From: Armatimonadia bacterium
GTDB lineage: Bacteria > Armatimonadota > Zipacnadia > Zipacnadales > UBA11051
Assembly: GCA_039683575.1 (NCBI GenBank)
Contig: JBDKRC010000235.1
Coordinates: 4,100 to 68,099, forward strand
DNA: 64,000 nt
Direction: 5' to 3'
Shown piece by piece: positions 48,113 to 58,584 of this stretch. The notes beneath the pieces are model-generated. The model saw only the letters and a program-made list of their open reading frames with translations. It did no database searches and was not told the origin of the DNA. The position numbers and the translations under genes are program-made. How positions within the stretch are numbered: position 1 is the stretch's first letter; each line of letters begins with the position of its first letter.

Positions 48113-49610
48113 CATGGATCGACTGACCGTTTCGCGCCTTCTGACCACGCTGTTGTCGATGGCGCTGCTCTCAACCGGATGGGCCCTGCCGTGTAGACAG
48201 TGCGGCGCTGGACCTGCAACCGTGGCCCAACGTCGGGCAGACTGCGGTGCGGTGGCACCGACCAAGGCCGTTGCGTACGCTGAGCCCGAGGTGGCCTGGG
48301 CTGGGCGGCCGCCGGCCGTCGGAATACGAGTGGCGCAGGCGGTTCCTGTCCCCGTCCCTCCGGTCGCACCGGTCACGCCGGCGGCCGGCCAGAAGGGTAT
48401 GCCATGGGAGCGGGCGGGCACCGCTGTGGGGCAGGAGATTGTGGGGCCCGACGGGGGCAAGATGGTGTGGGTGCCCGCCGGCAGCCTCCTGATGGGGTCA
48501 GACGAGAAGGACGCGCCTACCGATGAGAAGCCTGCACACCTGATGAAGCTCACCGGGGGCTTCTGGCTGGGGAAGTACGAAGTCACGATCGGACAGTACC
48601 GGGCCTTCTGCCAGGCGACGGAGAGGCGGTTCGGTTCCGACACCAGCGCCCCACCGGATCACCCCATGGAGGGACCGAGTTGGGATGAGGCAGCCGCTTA
48701 CTGCCAGCATTTCGGTCTTGTGCTACCCACGGAGGCGCAGTGGGAGTACGCGGCGCGAGGCGCTGACGGAAGGCGGTATCCATGGGGCAACGAGTGGGAC
48801 GCGAAGAAGTGCTGTAATGGTGCGAACAGGGGTACGGGAAGGGTTTTGACTCTGGCCGTGGGCAGCGTTGAGGCGGACCGTAGCTGGTGCGGTGCGGCAG
48901 ACATGGCTGGGAATGTCCGTGAATGGTGCGCGGACTGGTATGGCGATGCCTACTACGCGCAATCGCCTCCAGAAGACCCCAAAGGGGCCGGCAACGGCGA
49001 GTTCCGAGTCCTCCGGGGTGGTTCTGTTGAAGCCAACGGCGAGAGCTATTTCAGCGCATGGCGCCGCGGGCGGTGTCGTCCGGATATGCAGTACTTCTCC
49101 ATCGGGTTCCGTTGTGTGGCTTTGCCGTCCCAACCGATGCTCGATGGCAGTGACGTTGTGGTCGAGGGCGAGAGCTACACCAGTATTGCCCAATCCATGG
49201 CGCGGGGCAGCGATGCGGCCGCCTCCGGAGGGGCCTATGTCGGCATTCCGCTGGCTGAACCGCACGCGGCAAGAGAAGCTGCAACCCAGGACACGGGCAA
49301 CTGCGCGTATACGGTCGTGATCTCCACTGCCGGGGAGTACCGTCTGTGGGCGCGGGTATGGTGGACAGATTCCTTCGGCAACTCATTCTACCTGAGGCCG
49401 CCGGACAAGAAGATCATCGTGCTCGGCCAGGATTCGACCTTCCAGAGCTGGCACTGGGTCCGCGGCCCGTCATTGCACCTTGACGCGGGTCCAGTGACCA
49501 TCGTCGTTCAGAATCGCGAGGGTGGTACCCGGCTTGATGAGTTCCTGCTGACGACGAAGACAGACTACGTGCCGATCGGCCCCCTGTCAGAGACCGCGCA
49601 GAACAACTGA
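48113..49610 (+). CDS. Secreted FGE-sulfatase (SUMF1/formylglycine-generating-enzyme family) domain protein with a C-terminal extra domain.
   Basis: GGFWLGKYEVTIGQYRAFC...NVREWCADWY...FRVLRGGS...IGFRCV are typical of PF03781. Signal peptide after the Met at 48113 (MDRLTVSRLLTTLLSMALLSTGWA). Confidence 0.75.
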
Positions 49611-50045
49611 GTCACCGCGAGAGCAGGGCGCCTACACTATCGCGGTGCTGCAGTTGCGCCCATGTCACCGGCACAGATCGTCACCGCTGCCTCTCCGGGC
49701 GGAGTGAGCGTTGCGGGGCACAAAGACCACGCAAGCAGGCAACACGCGGCTGGCCGACTGCAGAACCGCGGAGGCCCCCAGGCTGTATTGGACCAGTTCT
49801 GAGGTCAGCGCCTGATCGCTCCCCGCCCGCTCCTGATGGAAATGAACGCGCAGGACAACCGTGTCTTCATCGAGAAATGGTTGTATAGCGTTCAATTATC
49901 TGAAGTGCCACCCGTGGAGCGCCTTGATGAGGCTATCGGCGCTGGCGGAGGTCTCTCGCAGCACCTGCACCCGGACGACCGTGTTAGCCTGACAGTAGGC
50001 GGAGTGGCCTTGTCTGCGGCACATCCAGGTCTAGGAGGAAACCAA

Positions 50046-52433
50046 GTGAAGAACGTAATTCTGGTTCTGGTCCTGACGCTGTGCTCCCTGTGTCTCGTCG
50101 CGCACGCACAGACGGTCACCCTCGATTCTCCACGAGAAGTCCGTATGTCCGAGGGCACAAAGGTGTGCGAACAGGCGGACAAACTCTTGGATGAAGGCAA
50201 GCCCTCGGAGGCGCTAAAGCTATACCAGCAGGTGCTGACCTTCCTGCCAACCTCCCCCCGGGCAAAGGCCGGGGTCGCGGAGTGCAAGGTGCTGTTGGCG
50301 GCCACGACACCCGTGGCGGGGGGCCAAGTTTCGACTGGGGCCAGCCACTATCCCACCAAATACATCCGGTTTCCTCTGCCCCCACAGGGAACTAGAACGT
50401 TGCTGTTGAGCTTCGCGGCGAATGCGGCGGGGCAGTATACGATCATGGAAGTGGATGTTGACGGGAATGGCAAGATCGAGACCGCGGAGCGGCGGCAGGG
50501 GACTGCGCGAACGTACCAGAACTGTGAGTTCAGCGGGGCCGACCTGGGAGAGTTCGCGTTGCCACCAGGACCGGCTGGAAAGGTTTCGATCACGACCAGT
50601 TGGTCTCACGCGGCGCAGCCCGGCAAGCCCGTGGTTGACCAGTTCAGCGGGAAGTGGCAGTGGCTGTCGCCTGCGGGGCAGGATACGTGGAGCTATGCCG
50701 GGACGTGGCTGGGGCGTTTCAGTCTGGACAACCTCAATCAGGGCAGCATCTATGGGGAGAAGGCTGCACTGAGGCCGTACCCGCAGTTGGAGGGGGTGGC
50801 GGCAGGACAAGCGATAGTGCGGGTGCAAGGCGTGAGTGTTCCGTGGGGAACCGCGACGAACTGGCTTAAGAACGGCGCGCAGTGCGAAATGAAGCTGAGA
50901 GTGACGGATGAGAAGGGGACTGCAGTCCATCAGGGGGCTCTGCAGGCTGGGTCAAACGGGCTTTTTGAGACGACGGTGACGCTGCCCGGAGGAAAGTATG
51001 TGGCAGAGGTTCGCACCGATACGGGGCCGATAGCGGGCGAGGTCGCCGGGACGGTTCCGTTTGAGGTGAAGGCTTCGCTGGCGGCGACACAGAGGACGGG
51101 GCTCAAGGGACCTGTCATGAAGGTTGGCCGGCGGATCTTCAAGGACGACGCCGAGGGCACTGACAACTACAGCCTCATGTCGTGGGTTCAGGATTTCAGG
51201 GAATGCTGCGCCAGCGACTATGTGTTGCCCGAAAAGAGCATGCTGGTGGTGCGGCCACTGGATAATGTACAACTGACGGATGTGCAGTGCATCGCTCTGG
51301 CGGAGGAGCTGGCAACCGTGCAGGCGCCGGTGGGGGTGCAGATGTATGGACAGAAGGAGTTGACCATCAAGGGAATAACGGCACTGGCGAAGGTGCCGAA
51401 CCTGCGTTCGCTGGCCTTGATGCGATTTGACAACCTGGACGACAAGGCCTGCGAGACGATTGCCACGGCAAAAGAGCTGCGGTTCCTGTGGCTGAACCAG
51501 AATGCGAAGATCACGGACCAGGGAATCCAGTACCTGGGCGCTCTGCCTGAGCTGGGCTATCTCAATATTGGGGATACGCCCGTTGTTGGGTCGGGTCTGA
51601 AGGCGCTGTCAGGCTGCAATAAGCTCGACCGGATCTATGTCGGGTCGGCGGCTTTCAAGGACGCCGCGCCTTTGGGGGCCTTTACGTCGGTGCGGGAGTT
51701 AGCCCTGTGGGGGGCGAAGGACACGACGGGCCTGGAGGAACTGCGTAACCTGCAGCGGCTGAAGTGGCTCAGCGTTCATGGCATTGACTGCCCTCCGGAC
51801 AAGCTCAAGTTCCTCTCCGAGCTTCCTGAGTTGATGAACCTCTCGATCCAGGGCAACCAGTTGCTGACGGATATTAGTACCACGCCTATCCCCCAGATTA
51901 CACGTCTGAAATACCTCAGTCTGCGAGACTGCCGTAACCTGGCTGCGGGGCTAAACTCTCTGGGAGGGCTGCGAGCCCTCGACAGCCTGGATCTGCAGGG
52001 TTGCCGTTCGCTTGACGGGACGGGCCTGAAAGTGCTCACCGGTGCGCCGATATTCTGGCTGGACCTCAGCGGGTGCGAAAGCATGAAGGACGCCGGACTG
52101 AGCGAGGTGGGCAGCCTGACGCAGGTTAACCAACTCGAGGCCGACGGGACAGGGCTGGGCGACGGGGCGGTGGCGCAGTGGCAGGGCTTGGCGAGTATGA
52201 CGCGGCTTGACGCCTATAACACACCGCTTACGGATGCAGGAATGGAGGCCTTGGCGCGGCTCCCCGTACGCTACCTGGGCCTGAACGGGTGCAAGGCCAT
52301 TACCGACAAGGGATTAATGGCCCTGACGCGCTCGGACAAGCTGCAGTCGGTGGGGGTAGGCGGTACGGCAGTGACAGACGCAGGGATAGCAGCGGCGCGG
52401 CAGGCCAAGCCGCAACTGCAGATCAGCAAATAA
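50046..52433 (+). CDS. Secreted leucine-rich-repeat protein with the conserved N-terminal module (paralog 1, about 795 aa).
   Basis: AGGAGG lies 8 nt before GTG. Signal peptide VKNVILVLVLTLCSLCLVAHAQT, then SPREVRMSEGTKVCEQADKLLDEGKPSEALKLYQQVLTFLPTSPRAKAGV. The C-terminal half has LRRs (LRSLALMRFDNL..., LRFLWLNQNAKITDQGIQYLGALPELGYLNIGDT...). Confidence 0.6.
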   Translation: MKNVILVLVLTLCSLCLVAHAQTVTLDSPREVRMSEGTKVCEQADKLLDEGKPSEALKLYQQVLTFLPTSPRAKAGVAECKVLLAATTPVAGGQVSTGASHYPTKYIRFPLPPQGTRTLLLSFAANAAGQYTIMEVDVDGNGKIETAERRQGTARTYQNCEFSGADLGEFALPPGPAGKVSITTSWSHAAQPGKPVVDQFSGKWQWLSPAGQDTWSYAGTWLGRFSLDNLNQGSIYGEKAALRPYPQLEGVAAGQAIVRVQGVSVPWGTATNWLKNGAQCEMKLRVTDEKGTAVHQGALQAGSNGLFETTVTLPGGKYVAEVRTDTGPIAGEVAGTVPFEVKASLAATQRTGLKGPVMKVGRRIFKDDAEGTDNYSLMSWVQDFRECCASDYVLPEKSMLVVRPLDNVQLTDVQCIALAEELATVQAPVGVQMYGQKELTIKGITALAKVPNLRSLALMRFDNLDDKACETIATAKELRFLWLNQNAKITDQGIQYLGALPELGYLNIGDTPVVGSGLKALSGCNKLDRIYVGSAAFKDAAPLGAFTSVRELALWGAKDTTGLEELRNLQRLKWLSVHGIDCPPDKLKFLSELPELMNLSIQGNQLLTDISTTPIPQITRLKYLSLRDCRNLAAGLNSLGGLRALDSLDLQGCRSLDGTGLKVLTGAPIFWLDLSGCESMKDAGLSEVGSLTQVNQLEADGTGLGDGAVAQWQGLASMTRLDAYNTPLTDAGMEALARLPVRYLGLNGCKAITDKGLMALTRSDKLQSVGVGGTAVTDAGIAAARQAKPQLQISK

Positions 52434-52452
52434 CTGTGGGGAGAAGCCTGAG

Positions 52453-54075
52453 ATGAAGAAGATCGTGCTTCTGCTGCTCGTGGGGATACTTGGTGTCATT
52501 GTGACTGCCCAAGCACAGACGGCGACTGTTGATTCCCCGCGTGAAGTGCGCATCGCGGAAGGCACCAAGCTTTGCGACCAGGCGGACAAGCTACTGGCGG
52601 AGGGGAAGGTGCAGGACGCTTTGAAGCTGTACCAGGCGGCGCTGAAGATCCTGCCGACTTCGCCGCGGGCGAAGGCCGGAGTGGAGAAGGCGAAGGGGGC
52701 GGCGGCAGCCCCGCAAGCCACGGCACAGCCGACGCCACCAGCCGCGCCCCCCCTCCCGCCACTGCCTCAGGAAGATGTGCCCGTGCCGCCGCAGACACAG
52801 GGTGCCTGCCCTCCGGAGGCGCTGGCGTGGCCAACGGTGATGGCGACCAAGCTGCAGGACCAGATTCCGTGGAAGGCATTCTACTGCAGTGTGGGACAGT
52901 ATGGCGGCGGGCTGGAGCGGGCCGCCCAGGCCGGACTGCGCGTGTGGGGTAGCTGGACCAATACAGCGATGTGGCTGCAACAGCCGCTTTCGGACCAATG
53001 GCTGCTGACGGTGGAAGTGGGATACCCTAAGGAAGACAAGAGCGGTCAGGCGGCCATCTGGCTCAATGGGCCAGGCCACGGGACCTCGGTCAAGGCGGGT
53101 TACTGCATCCAGGTGGGCCGCACCGAGGGAGCCATGTACGGACCAGGGACGACGGGACGCTTCACTGTCGCCCCGCCGTTCGCTGCCGAGAGCTATCACA
53201 TTGTCAACGTGCTCCGCAAGGGGCCGCAGTTCAGCTTATGGCTGGATGGACAGGAGATCGGCAGCTTTGAGGATACCGCGTCACTGTCCGGGCCGCTGTA
53301 CTCCCGTATTGGCATCGGGGCACTCGGCGGAAGCGAGGTATACTACCGGAACCTGCGGATCCAGGCAGTGCCACCGACTCCGGCTGCCCTCACTGAGATG
53401 AGCAAGATGCCAGCCGCACCCGCGCCGACCACGCCGCCCGCTCCGAACGGTGAGTTGCTGGCCGAAGTGAAGATGGATGGCCAGAATCCGGACTGGCACA
53501 TCTCGATGCCGCAGTCCACGTTCTGGAGGGGAGACCGGGTCATTCTCTGTGGCACATCGCCACGACTGCTCTGGCAGAAGGGGACAACCCAGGACTTCGC
53601 TTTCGAAGCAGACGTCCAGTACGTGCCCAGAAAGTACCCGGACCCACTGATGGTGCCGGAGGCGCAGCCAGACCGTTACTTGGCGACAGGCGCGGCGGAA
53701 GCGGAGTTGTTCATGTTCGTAAGGTTCGCTTCCGTGGTACCGATTGACCCTAAGGACGAATACCAGCCGCCGCCCGGCGCAGGCTGGCACTTCAGTTTCA
53801 ACCAGCAGGACCACCGTCTGGTGTGGAGAGATGCGGAGGGACGCCAGGGCGAGGCAACCAGCGTCCCCGCCTTCTGCCCCTTCGGCGGCAACAGATACAC
53901 GGTTCGAGTGGAGGTGCGACACGATCTCATTAGAGCCTATGTGAATGGGGCGCTGGTGACGGAGACGCCGCTGGGGGATCACTCGTGGCCGGCTAACCAG
54001 AAGGCTTTCGCGGCTGTCGGTAATTTGTTTGAAGGTGTCACCGTCTACGGCGCCCGCATCTATGCTCTGCAGTGA
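52453..54075 (+). CDS. Secreted DUF1080 (3-keto-disaccharide-hydrolase-like) two-domain protein with the conserved N-terminal module (paralog 2, 540 aa).
   Basis: Signal peptide MKKIVLLLLVGILGVIVTAQAQT and the SPREVRIAEGTKLCDQADKLLAEGK...LPTSPRAKAGV module. DUF1080-like endings VYYRNLRIQA and TVYGARIYALQ. Confidence 0.55.
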   Translation: MKKIVLLLLVGILGVIVTAQAQTATVDSPREVRIAEGTKLCDQADKLLAEGKVQDALKLYQAALKILPTSPRAKAGVEKAKGAAAAPQATAQPTPPAAPPLPPLPQEDVPVPPQTQGACPPEALAWPTVMATKLQDQIPWKAFYCSVGQYGGGLERAAQAGLRVWGSWTNTAMWLQQPLSDQWLLTVEVGYPKEDKSGQAAIWLNGPGHGTSVKAGYCIQVGRTEGAMYGPGTTGRFTVAPPFAAESYHIVNVLRKGPQFSLWLDGQEIGSFEDTASLSGPLYSRIGIGALGGSEVYYRNLRIQAVPPTPAALTEMSKMPAAPAPTTPPAPNGELLAEVKMDGQNPDWHISMPQSTFWRGDRVILCGTSPRLLWQKGTTQDFAFEADVQYVPRKYPDPLMVPEAQPDRYLATGAAEAELFMFVRFASVVPIDPKDEYQPPPGAGWHFSFNQQDHRLVWRDAEGRQGEATSVPAFCPFGGNRYTVRVEVRHDLIRAYVNGALVTETPLGDHSWPANQKAFAAVGNLFEGVTVYGARIYALQ

Positions 54076-54134
54076 CAATCGCAGGCGCACGCAGCAGCTG
54101 GTAGTGCAGAATGCTAGACTTGGGAGGCAGCCAG

Positions 54135-55850
54135 ATGAGGAAACCAGTTCCGTTTCTGATGTTGGCGATCTGGTTGGGATGTCTCGTCGCATACGCGCAG
54201 ACAGTGACCATTGATTCGCCACGCGAGGTGCGCATTGCCGAGGGTACTAAGCTTTGCGATCAGGCTGATGGGCTGGTCGCGGAGCGGAAGTATGCGGAGG
54301 CTCTGTCACTATATCGTGACGTACTGAAGATTCTGCCTACTTCGCCGCGGGCGAAGGGCGGGGTGGCGGCTTGTGAGGGGAAGTTGAAGGAGGCGGCGGC
54401 CGCGCCGAAGGCGGTCGTGGAGACGCCAAAGCCAGCGCCGGTGGCACAGGCGGCACCGCCAGCGGCGCCGCTGGCAGTGCCGGTGGCAATGGCGTCGCCG
54501 ACGGTGCAGTTAGGGCGACGGTTATTGCCTCCCAATCCCGATGACTATGAAGCATACAGCATGTTCGGCGAGATGCTTGACTGGACTAAGTCCACCGTCA
54601 GCCAGTATAAGAAACTTCCCGAGGGCAACATGCTGATAGTCACGGCCCATGGCTGGGACCCGGGAGGCCAGTTGGAGGACGGACAACTGGTGACGCTGGT
54701 GCAGGAGTTGCGCGAAATCAGGTGCCCGGTGGTGCTGACGCTGCTGAAGCAGACGAAACTGACTACGGCGGGATATGCGCAGTTGGCGGGATTGCCGAAC
54801 GTCGTGGCCCTGGCGGTGCAACAGTGCGCGACGGTGGATGATGAGGTTCTGGCGAGTTTCGCCAAAATACCGGCGCTGCGTTCGCTGATGCTCAATGAGT
54901 GCCACAAGGTGACTGATGTGGGGGTCAAGCGGCTGGCGGCGCTGCAGGATCTGCAGTATCTGAATGTGGCCAAGTGTGAGTTGGTTACGAGTGAGGGCGT
55001 GAAGGCGCTCAGCGCGTGTCCGAAGCTGGCGTCGCTGAACTTGTGGGGGACGCAGGGGTTTGCTGACGTTACGGCACTGACTGGGCTGACGTCACTGCGG
55101 GCGCTGGTGATGTTTTCAAAGCTGGACTCCAAGACACTGCCCGAGCTTGGGAAGCTGAAGAAGCTGCAGACACTAAACATGTCGGGGAACAATTTCGAGC
55201 GAGATTACAGCTTCCTCGCAGCTTTGCCGGAGTTGGAGACGCTGACGATAGCTGACGATCATATGCTCAGCGATATCGGCAAGAGCGATCTTGCGGGATG
55301 CAGGAACCTTAAGAGCCTGTCGCTGCCGAACTGCGGAGGGTTGACAGGCAGCGTGGCGCCCCTGGCGGCTCTTACCCAACTGGAGTCACTTAGTCTGAGC
55401 TACTGTCAGGAATTCACTGGAGAGGGGCTGCGGGAGTTAGCGGTGCTGCCGAAGCTGGAGGCACTTAGCATAACTGAGGCGTCGAAAGTCGGCAGTCCAG
55501 CGCTGGGCGAGATTGCCGCGCTGACGCAGTTGAAGTCGCTCAACCTGTGGAACTGCGACCTCTCTGACGCCGGGTTGGCGCAGTTGGCATCCCTGAAGGG
55601 ACTGCAGAAGGTCGGTTTGGCGGGCAAAGCAATAACGGACGTCACTTTGCAGTTGCTGGGAGGATTACCTGCTCTAGAGGAGGTAAGCCTGCGCGATACC
55701 ATAGAAGTCACTGACGCGGGGCTACTGGCACTAGCGCAGGCACCCGCAATGAAAAGGGTAGCCATACGGTACAGCAAAGTGACGCCAGCAGGCATCGGAG
55801 CGGCTAAGGCGGCCAAGCCCGGCCTTGTAACCGAAGTGATAGCGCCGTAG
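54135..55850 (+). CDS. Secreted leucine-rich-repeat protein with the conserved N-terminal module (paralog 3, about 572 aa).
   Basis: GGAGG lies 8 nt before the ATG. MRKPVPFLMLAIWLGCLVAYAQT, then the SPREVRIAEGTKLCDQADGLVAERK...LPTSPRAKGGV module. LRRs (LQYLNVAKCELVTSEGVKALSACPKLASLNLWGT...). Confidence 0.6.
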   Translation: MRKPVPFLMLAIWLGCLVAYAQTVTIDSPREVRIAEGTKLCDQADGLVAERKYAEALSLYRDVLKILPTSPRAKGGVAACEGKLKEAAAAPKAVVETPKPAPVAQAAPPAAPLAVPVAMASPTVQLGRRLLPPNPDDYEAYSMFGEMLDWTKSTVSQYKKLPEGNMLIVTAHGWDPGGQLEDGQLVTLVQELREIRCPVVLTLLKQTKLTTAGYAQLAGLPNVVALAVQQCATVDDEVLASFAKIPALRSLMLNECHKVTDVGVKRLAALQDLQYLNVAKCELVTSEGVKALSACPKLASLNLWGTQGFADVTALTGLTSLRALVMFSKLDSKTLPELGKLKKLQTLNMSGNNFERDYSFLAALPELETLTIADDHMLSDIGKSDLAGCRNLKSLSLPNCGGLTGSVAPLAALTQLESLSLSYCQEFTGEGLRELAVLPKLEALSITEASKVGSPALGEIAALTQLKSLNLWNCDLSDAGLAQLASLKGLQKVGLAGKAITDVTLQLLGGLPALEEVSLRDTIEVTDAGLLALAQAPAMKRVAIRYSKVTPAGIGAAKAAKPGLVTEVIAP

Positions 55851-55879
55851 TAGGTGAACTAACAGCAGGGCCTGGGGAT

Positions 55880-56270
55880 GCCGGCGGGCAGCGGTAACTC
55901 TAAAAGTGACCATGGCTGGTACGCCTTCAGCCCTGACAGCAAGAGGCTGATCGGGGGACAGCGGTGCGGACAGAAGTGGCGGGTAGTGGTAGAGATCCAG
56001 CCGGGGCCGGAGTACGACGCCATCGGCGTCCTGGGCGTCCTGGGCGGCAGCAACCCCTCCAAATCGCCAGCGTGTTTCAGCCCCGACAGCCGCCGCGTGG
56101 CGTATGCCGAGCAGCACGGGGCAAGTGGTTCGTCGTGCTCGACGGCGCTCCCGGCCCCGCGTACGATGACTGCTTCGGCCCGGTGTTTCCGCCGAACGGC
56201 AAGCTGGATTACTTGGCTGTAGAGGACGGCGTGCTGTATCGTGTCTCAGCGCTACCCCACGGCGCCTAGC
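55880..56270 (+). pseudogene. Frameshifted fragment of a PD40/WD40-like beta-propeller repeat protein.
   Basis: Two frames carry repeat units (WYAFSPDSKRL / CFSPDSRRVAYAEQHG in one frame; KWFVVLDGAPGPAYDDCFGPVFPPNGKLDYLAVEDG in another) that match each other (KWRVVVEIQPGPEYDAIG). Confidence 0.35.
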
Positions 56271-56304
56271 GCGCCGGGAGATCACATCGAAGGAGCGAAC
56301 TGCA

Positions 56305-57942
56305 ATGAGCAGGGCTACCATCTACCTGGTCATGGCCGTATGGTTAGCGGTTATGGTCGGTGTTCACGCGCAGACAGTGACGCCGACTTCCCCCCGTGAA
56401 GTCAGAATCGCCGAGGGGATCAAACTGTGCGATCAGGCGGACAAGCTACTGGCGGAGGGGAAGGCTCAGGACGCTTTGAAGCTGTACCAGTCGGCGCTAA
56501 AGATCCTGCCGACGTCACCGCGCGCGAAGGCCGGGGTAGAGAAGGCGAAGGCCCCCCCGGCGGCGCCCGTAGCCGTTCCAGCGCCACCGGCCGCCGAAAC
56601 CGTGCCAGTGCTGGAGCCGCCCAAGCCACCGACCCTCCCGCTGCCGCAGGATGAGTTTGCTGTTCCACCGGAGACACAGCAAGCCTGCCCCGCCGAGGCC
56701 TTGGCGTGGCCGACTGTAATGGCGACGACGTTGCAGGGGAGGATTCCCTGGCACGCCTTCTACATCTACGCCGGGCAATATGGCGGCAGCGTCAAGCCAG
56801 AGGGGCAGGCGGGACTGAGGGTCTGGGGCTCTTGGACCGACACCGCGCTGTGGCTGCGCCAGCCGCTTTCGGAATACTGGCTGCTCACAACTGAGGTGTG
56901 CGTCAAGAAAGACGACGGCATCTGTTTCCCGTGCTTTTGGCTGAGTGGCCCGGGATACGGCAATGCCCTCGGAATGCCCTACTCAGTGTCAATGACCTGC
57001 TCCGAAGGGTCTGTCACCGGCGGCGGGCGCACGGGCAAGTTCCGCATGCCCGAGGGCGTGAAAGAGGGAAGCTACTACACTCTCAACCTGCTGCGACAAG
57101 GGTCGCACTTTTCGATGTGGGTGAATGGTCAGCAGATTGGTGAGTTCGATGATGCGACTCTGACTGGCCCCCAATACAGCCATATAGCGATCGGCGCTCA
57201 GGGTGCCCCGGAAAAGGGCGTCTTCTTCCGGAATCTCCGCATCCAGGCGCTACCCCTGACGGCCGAACAGGCTGTGTCACTGGCGACGCCGCCGCTGTTG
57301 CCGGAAGCGACGACACCGCCCGCCCCCAACAAAAAGCTCCTGCAGGAACTTAGCCTCGACGGGCGCAGTGAAGGCTGGACATTTCCGCAGCCTCAGAACA
57401 TCTATTGGAAGCATGACAAGGCTGTGCTTGTGGATTCAGCTGCACGCCTGCTGTGGCAGACGGGGCTGACAGAGGATTTTGCTCTCGAAGTGGATGCCCA
57501 ATACCTCCCGAAGGTCTTCCCTACTCCGCTGATGCTCCCGGACAACCTGCCTGACGCCTACCTGCTTACCGGTGCCGCCGAAGGTGAACTGCAGTTGCAC
57601 GTGGGCTTGGGTGATGTAGCACCCACCGGTATGGACGGAGCAGACTTGCCCTCGCGGTGGCTCTTTATCTTCAACTCGTCCGGCAACCGGCTGGTGTGGA
57701 CGGGTGCCAATAAACAGGAGCAGAAAGCTTCCTCCCCGTACTTTGGCCCCACCAATGGCAACAGATACACGCTACGAATGGAGTTCCGGCGTAACGCCAT
57801 ACGCGCCTTCATCAACGGCCGACTAATGTTCGAGTCCGCAACCACCGATCACCCGTGGCTCCCGGGAACCAAGGCTTTCACGGGCCTGGATCAGGTCTAC
57901 GATGGCATCGTCATCCACGGCATGCGGATCTACAGTCTGTAG
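56305..57942 (+). CDS. Secreted DUF1080-like two-domain protein with the conserved N-terminal module (paralog 4, 545 aa).
   Basis: AAGGAG RBS. MSRATIYLVMAVWLAVMVGVHAQT plus the module. Collinear with paralog 2 (VFFRNLRIQALP ... HGMRIYSL). Confidence 0.55.
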   Translation: MSRATIYLVMAVWLAVMVGVHAQTVTPTSPREVRIAEGIKLCDQADKLLAEGKAQDALKLYQSALKILPTSPRAKAGVEKAKAPPAAPVAVPAPPAAETVPVLEPPKPPTLPLPQDEFAVPPETQQACPAEALAWPTVMATTLQGRIPWHAFYIYAGQYGGSVKPEGQAGLRVWGSWTDTALWLRQPLSEYWLLTTEVCVKKDDGICFPCFWLSGPGYGNALGMPYSVSMTCSEGSVTGGGRTGKFRMPEGVKEGSYYTLNLLRQGSHFSMWVNGQQIGEFDDATLTGPQYSHIAIGAQGAPEKGVFFRNLRIQALPLTAEQAVSLATPPLLPEATTPPAPNKKLLQELSLDGRSEGWTFPQPQNIYWKHDKAVLVDSAARLLWQTGLTEDFALEVDAQYLPKVFPTPLMLPDNLPDAYLLTGAAEGELQLHVGLGDVAPTGMDGADLPSRWLFIFNSSGNRLVWTGANKQEQKASSPYFGPTNGNRYTLRMEFRRNAIRAFINGRLMFESATTDHPWLPGTKAFTGLDQVYDGIVIHGMRIYSL

Positions 57943-57996
57943 ATCAGGCAGAAAGCCATTGCCGTCGCTGCCACAACGTACAGAGGGAGAACACCG

Positions 57997-58242
57997 ATGA
58001 CGAAGGCGACGCTCTTCTTAAGTGTCATACTCTTGCTCGGTGCGACTGTCGTTAGTTCCGCTGAGACCGTCACCGCGACATCGCCGCGCGAAGTGCGCAT
58101 CGCGGAGGGAACGAAGCTGTGCGACCAGGCCGACAAGCTGCTGGCGGAGGCGCAGGCGCAAGAAGCTATGAAACTGTACCAGCAGGTCCTGACCTTCCTG
58201 CCAACGTCCCCGCGGGCGAAGGCGGGTCGGTCAACCTGCTAG
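57997..58242 (+). pseudogene. Truncated fifth paralog of the N-terminal module family (81 aa), ended by an in-frame TAG that aligns with a Glu codon of the paralogs.
   Basis: MTKATLFLSVILLLGATVVSSAETVTATSPREVRIAEGTKLCDQADKLLAEAQAQEAMKLYQQVLTFLPTSPRAKAGRSTC*. GCG AAG GCG GGT CGG TCA ACC TGC TAG GAG AAA CTG AAG aligns with the paralog-3 sequence GCG AAG GGC GGG GTG GCG GCT TGT GAG GGG AAG TTG AAG (TAG versus GAG). The same frame continues into the hydrolase 3'-end fragment. Confidence 0.6.
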
Positions 58243-58371
58243 GAGAAACTGAAGCAACAGCCGACGGCGTGTACCGCCGCAGCCAGGCCGGCCTTTGTGC
58301 TGCCGCCTTCAACCAGCATTTTCGAGGCTGCCATAGAAGGCAACTTGACGTCCTTGCGCGACTTCCTGGAC

Positions 58372-58584
58372 ATAGCGGGTCTCATCGCCCCGCGCCCACT
58401 CCTCATCGAGATGGGCGTGCAGGACAGCGGGTTCTTCATCGAAGAGCAACTGACAGCCTTCTCGCACCTCAAGCGCATCTACGACGCCGCCGGCGCGGGC
58501 GAGGACCTCTGGAAGGACATGCACCCGGGGGAGCATGCGTTTGCCAACAACAAGGCGCATGAGTTCTTTGGGAAGTACCTGTAG
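58372..58584 (+). repeat. Copy of the 3' end of the hydrolase gene (about 93% aa identity over the last 70 codons), in frame with the truncated paralog upstream.
   Basis: DIAGLIAPRPLLIEMGVQDSGFFIEEQLTAFSHLKRIYDAAGAGEDLWKDMHPGEHAFANNKAHEFFGKYL* matches DIAGLIAPRPLLIEMGVQDSGFFIEEQLKAFDHLKRIYDAAGAGEDLWQDMHPGEHAFANNKAHEFFGKYL*. Confidence 0.8.

Noticed and set aside
53281-54222. 313-aa and other minus-strand ORFs across 50-58 kb
   Set aside because: Antisense shadows of the secreted paralog genes, which show signal peptides, RBSs and conserved modules.
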